In this document: in pieces, positions 62,872 to 64,000 of the stretch
How the letters are laid out: each line of letters opens with the position of its first letter
How positions within the stretch are numbered: position 1 is the stretch's first letter
Notes under the pieces: generated by a model
The model's input: only the letters and a program-made list of their open reading frames with translations
The model's database searches: none
Told to the model about the DNA's origin: nothing
Position numbers and translations under genes: made by a program
Assembly (NCBI GenBank): GCA_043811535.1
Contig: JBDRNC010000023.1
Span: forward strand, 2,216-66,215
Length of the DNA stretch: 64,000 bases
Direction of reading: 5' to 3'
Origin: Elusimicrobiota bacterium
Lineage (GTDB): Bacteria; Elusimicrobiota; Endomicrobiia; Endomicrobiales; JBDRNC01

Positions 62872-63750
62872 ATGCCTATCCTCGATTCTCTCGACCTGAA
62901 TAAACTCTCCAAACTGCGTTTGAATGTCCGCCATGTCGTAGAAGGCCTGCTTTCCGGACTCCATTCCAGCCCCTACAAAGGCCAATCACTTGAATTCGCC
63001 CAGCACAGGGAATACTCGCCCGGCGACGAGATCCGCCACGTTGACTGGAAGGTATTCGGCAGGTCCGACAGGTTTTTCATCAAGCAGTACCAGGACGAAA
63101 CGAACTTGCGCGCCTACATACTGTTGGACTCGTCCGGCTCAATGAAATACTCGTCAAAAGGACAGCCCTCAAAACTCAACTATGCCGCCCACATTGCCGG
63201 GGCTATCGCCTATCTGCTTCTAAAGCAGGAAGATGCCGTCTCTTTGGGCGCTTTCGACGATTCCCTGCGTTTTTACCTTCCGCCGAATCACCAGACTTCG
63301 CATTTGCAGGAGATTTTCCGTAAACTTGAGGGCGTTGAGGCGGGCGGAGAGACGGGCATAGGCAAGGTTTTGAAGGGTTTCGGGAGACACATCAGGCGCA
63401 GGGGCTTGATAATACTTGTTTCCGATCTTTTAGCCGAACCGCGCAAGGTGATAGAGACTCTTAAATATTTCAGGTGCCGGCACCACGAGATACTGGTCAT
63501 ACAGGTGCTTGACCCTGAAGAAGTGAAATTCCGGTTCTCTGGAGAAAACACCTTCGTCCAGTTGGAGGGGAACGCCGAGATATCCGCGGATTCCGACACG
63601 GTTCGGGACGAATACCGGCAGCTGATGAAGAACTTCATTGACGAGTACAAACACAGTTTCCGGCGCTCCCGCATAGAATACGCCATGGCCACCACGGACA
63701 TGCCGCTGGAAAAAACGATATATAACGCGTTGATGTACGGGAATAAGTGA
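62872..63750 (+). CDS. DUF58 (vWA-like) protein, the usual MoxR partner
   Basis: 'HREYSPGDEIRHVDWKVFGRSDRFFIKQYQDE' and 'ILLDSSGSM' (MIDAS-like). Confidence 0.88.
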   Translation: MPILDSLDLNKLSKLRLNVRHVVEGLLSGLHSSPYKGQSLEFAQHREYSPGDEIRHVDWKVFGRSDRFFIKQYQDETNLRAYILLDSSGSMKYSSKGQPSKLNYAAHIAGAIAYLLLKQEDAVSLGAFDDSLRFYLPPNHQTSHLQEIFRKLEGVEAGGETGIGKVLKGFGRHIRRRGLIILVSDLLAEPRKVIETLKYFRCRHHEILVIQVLDPEEVKFRFSGENTFVQLEGNAEISADSDTVRDEYRQLMKNFIDEYKHSFRRSRIEYAMATTDMPLEKTIYNALMYGNK

Positions 63751-63756
63751 CTTCAT

Positions 63757-63871
63757 AAAATACTAAACACTAAACTCTAAATACTAAATAAGCTCAAAAT
63801 ACAAAAGTTAAAACACAGCAGTTATATTTGATATTTGAATTTGTAACTTTGGATTTGTTTAGTATTTAGTG
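63757..63871. repeat. Hairpin repeat, family B (second copy)
   Basis: The first 23 nt are identical to 7633-7655, and the copy is collinear over about 100 nt with scattered substitutions. Confidence 0.8.
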
Positions 63872-63884
63872 AGCCGTCAAACCA

Positions 63885-64000
63885 CCAGGCTCCTGCCTGG
63901 TGATGGATAGGCCAGTCCAGACGGCAGGCCTGGTAAAAATGATATAATCTGCGAATGAGATTCAGAAAGAGCACGCACGCAGTATATAAGACGGAGTATC
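63885..64000 (+). mobile_element. tnpA: Left end and first 15 codons of an IS200/IS605-type tnpA (truncated by the window edge)
   Basis: ATG 63955 gives MRFRKSTHAVYKTEY, matching the TnpA_Y1 N-terminal pattern (K-S-x-H-x-x-Y-x-x-x-YH). GC hairpin caccagg/cctggtg at 63890-63909. TGaTATAAT at 63940-63948. Confidence 0.5.

Noticed and set aside
1-64000. tRNA, rRNA, tmRNA, SRP or RNase P RNA genes in the larger spacers (9785-10120, 14833-15073, 23869-24139, 41751-41936, 62649-62871).
   Set aside because: I found no T-loop (GGTTCGAATCC-like) or SRP domain-IV-like signatures, or other conserved cores that I can recognise by eye. This was a visual scan only, so covariance-model searches (Infernal/Rfam, tRNAscan-SE) should still be run.

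Overview
This is a 64-kb bacterial chromosomal segment. I cannot assign taxonomy from sequence alone, but the gene content and repeat style suggest an uncultivated lineage. All recognisable genes except apbE and an MFS transporter are on the + strand. I saw no rRNA, tRNA or CRISPR array.

Gene order:
(1) A redox/flavin block: rex, a small basic protein, a Gx-transporter/EcfT-like fusion, a stand-alone cNMP-binding protein, an HTH-less LacI-type sensor domain, apbE and MFS on the minus strand, then rnfC-rnfD coupled to an ion-transporter-superfamily permease with no rnfGEAB.
(2) A housekeeping cluster: rpsB-tsf-pyrH-frr-(59-aa ferredoxin missed by the ORF track)-uppS-cdsA-dxr-rseP-ispG-greA-proS.
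(3) A secreted protein with a T9SS-type C-terminal domain, plus a PorV-like outer-membrane barrel.
(4) rimP-nusA-infB-rbfA-nrnA-truB-ribF-(EF-G paralog with degenerate GTPase motifs)-rpsO-pnp.
(5) accB-wHTH-uppP-ftsK-lolA-like-rodZ-like-rimO-pgsA-pgpA-M48 protease-MBL hydrolase.
(6) An AT-rich membrane-anchored ORFan next to xerD.
(7) A LacI-headed operon of secreted glycoside hydrolases (GH144-like, GH13, two GH3, GH15-like). Four of the five enzymes start with the same discoidin (F5/8 type C) module.
(8) moxR-DUF58, followed by the first 15 codons of an IS200/IS605-type tnpA at the window edge.

The most pervasive non-coding signal is that almost every spacer longer than about 50 nt carries a long imperfect hairpin built from tandem 8-13-nt words. 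These hairpins fall into sequence families. Some copies supply stop codons, Shine-Dalgarno sequences or even signal-peptide codons to neighbouring genes.

All functional calls rest on motifs I recognise by eye. No database search was run.
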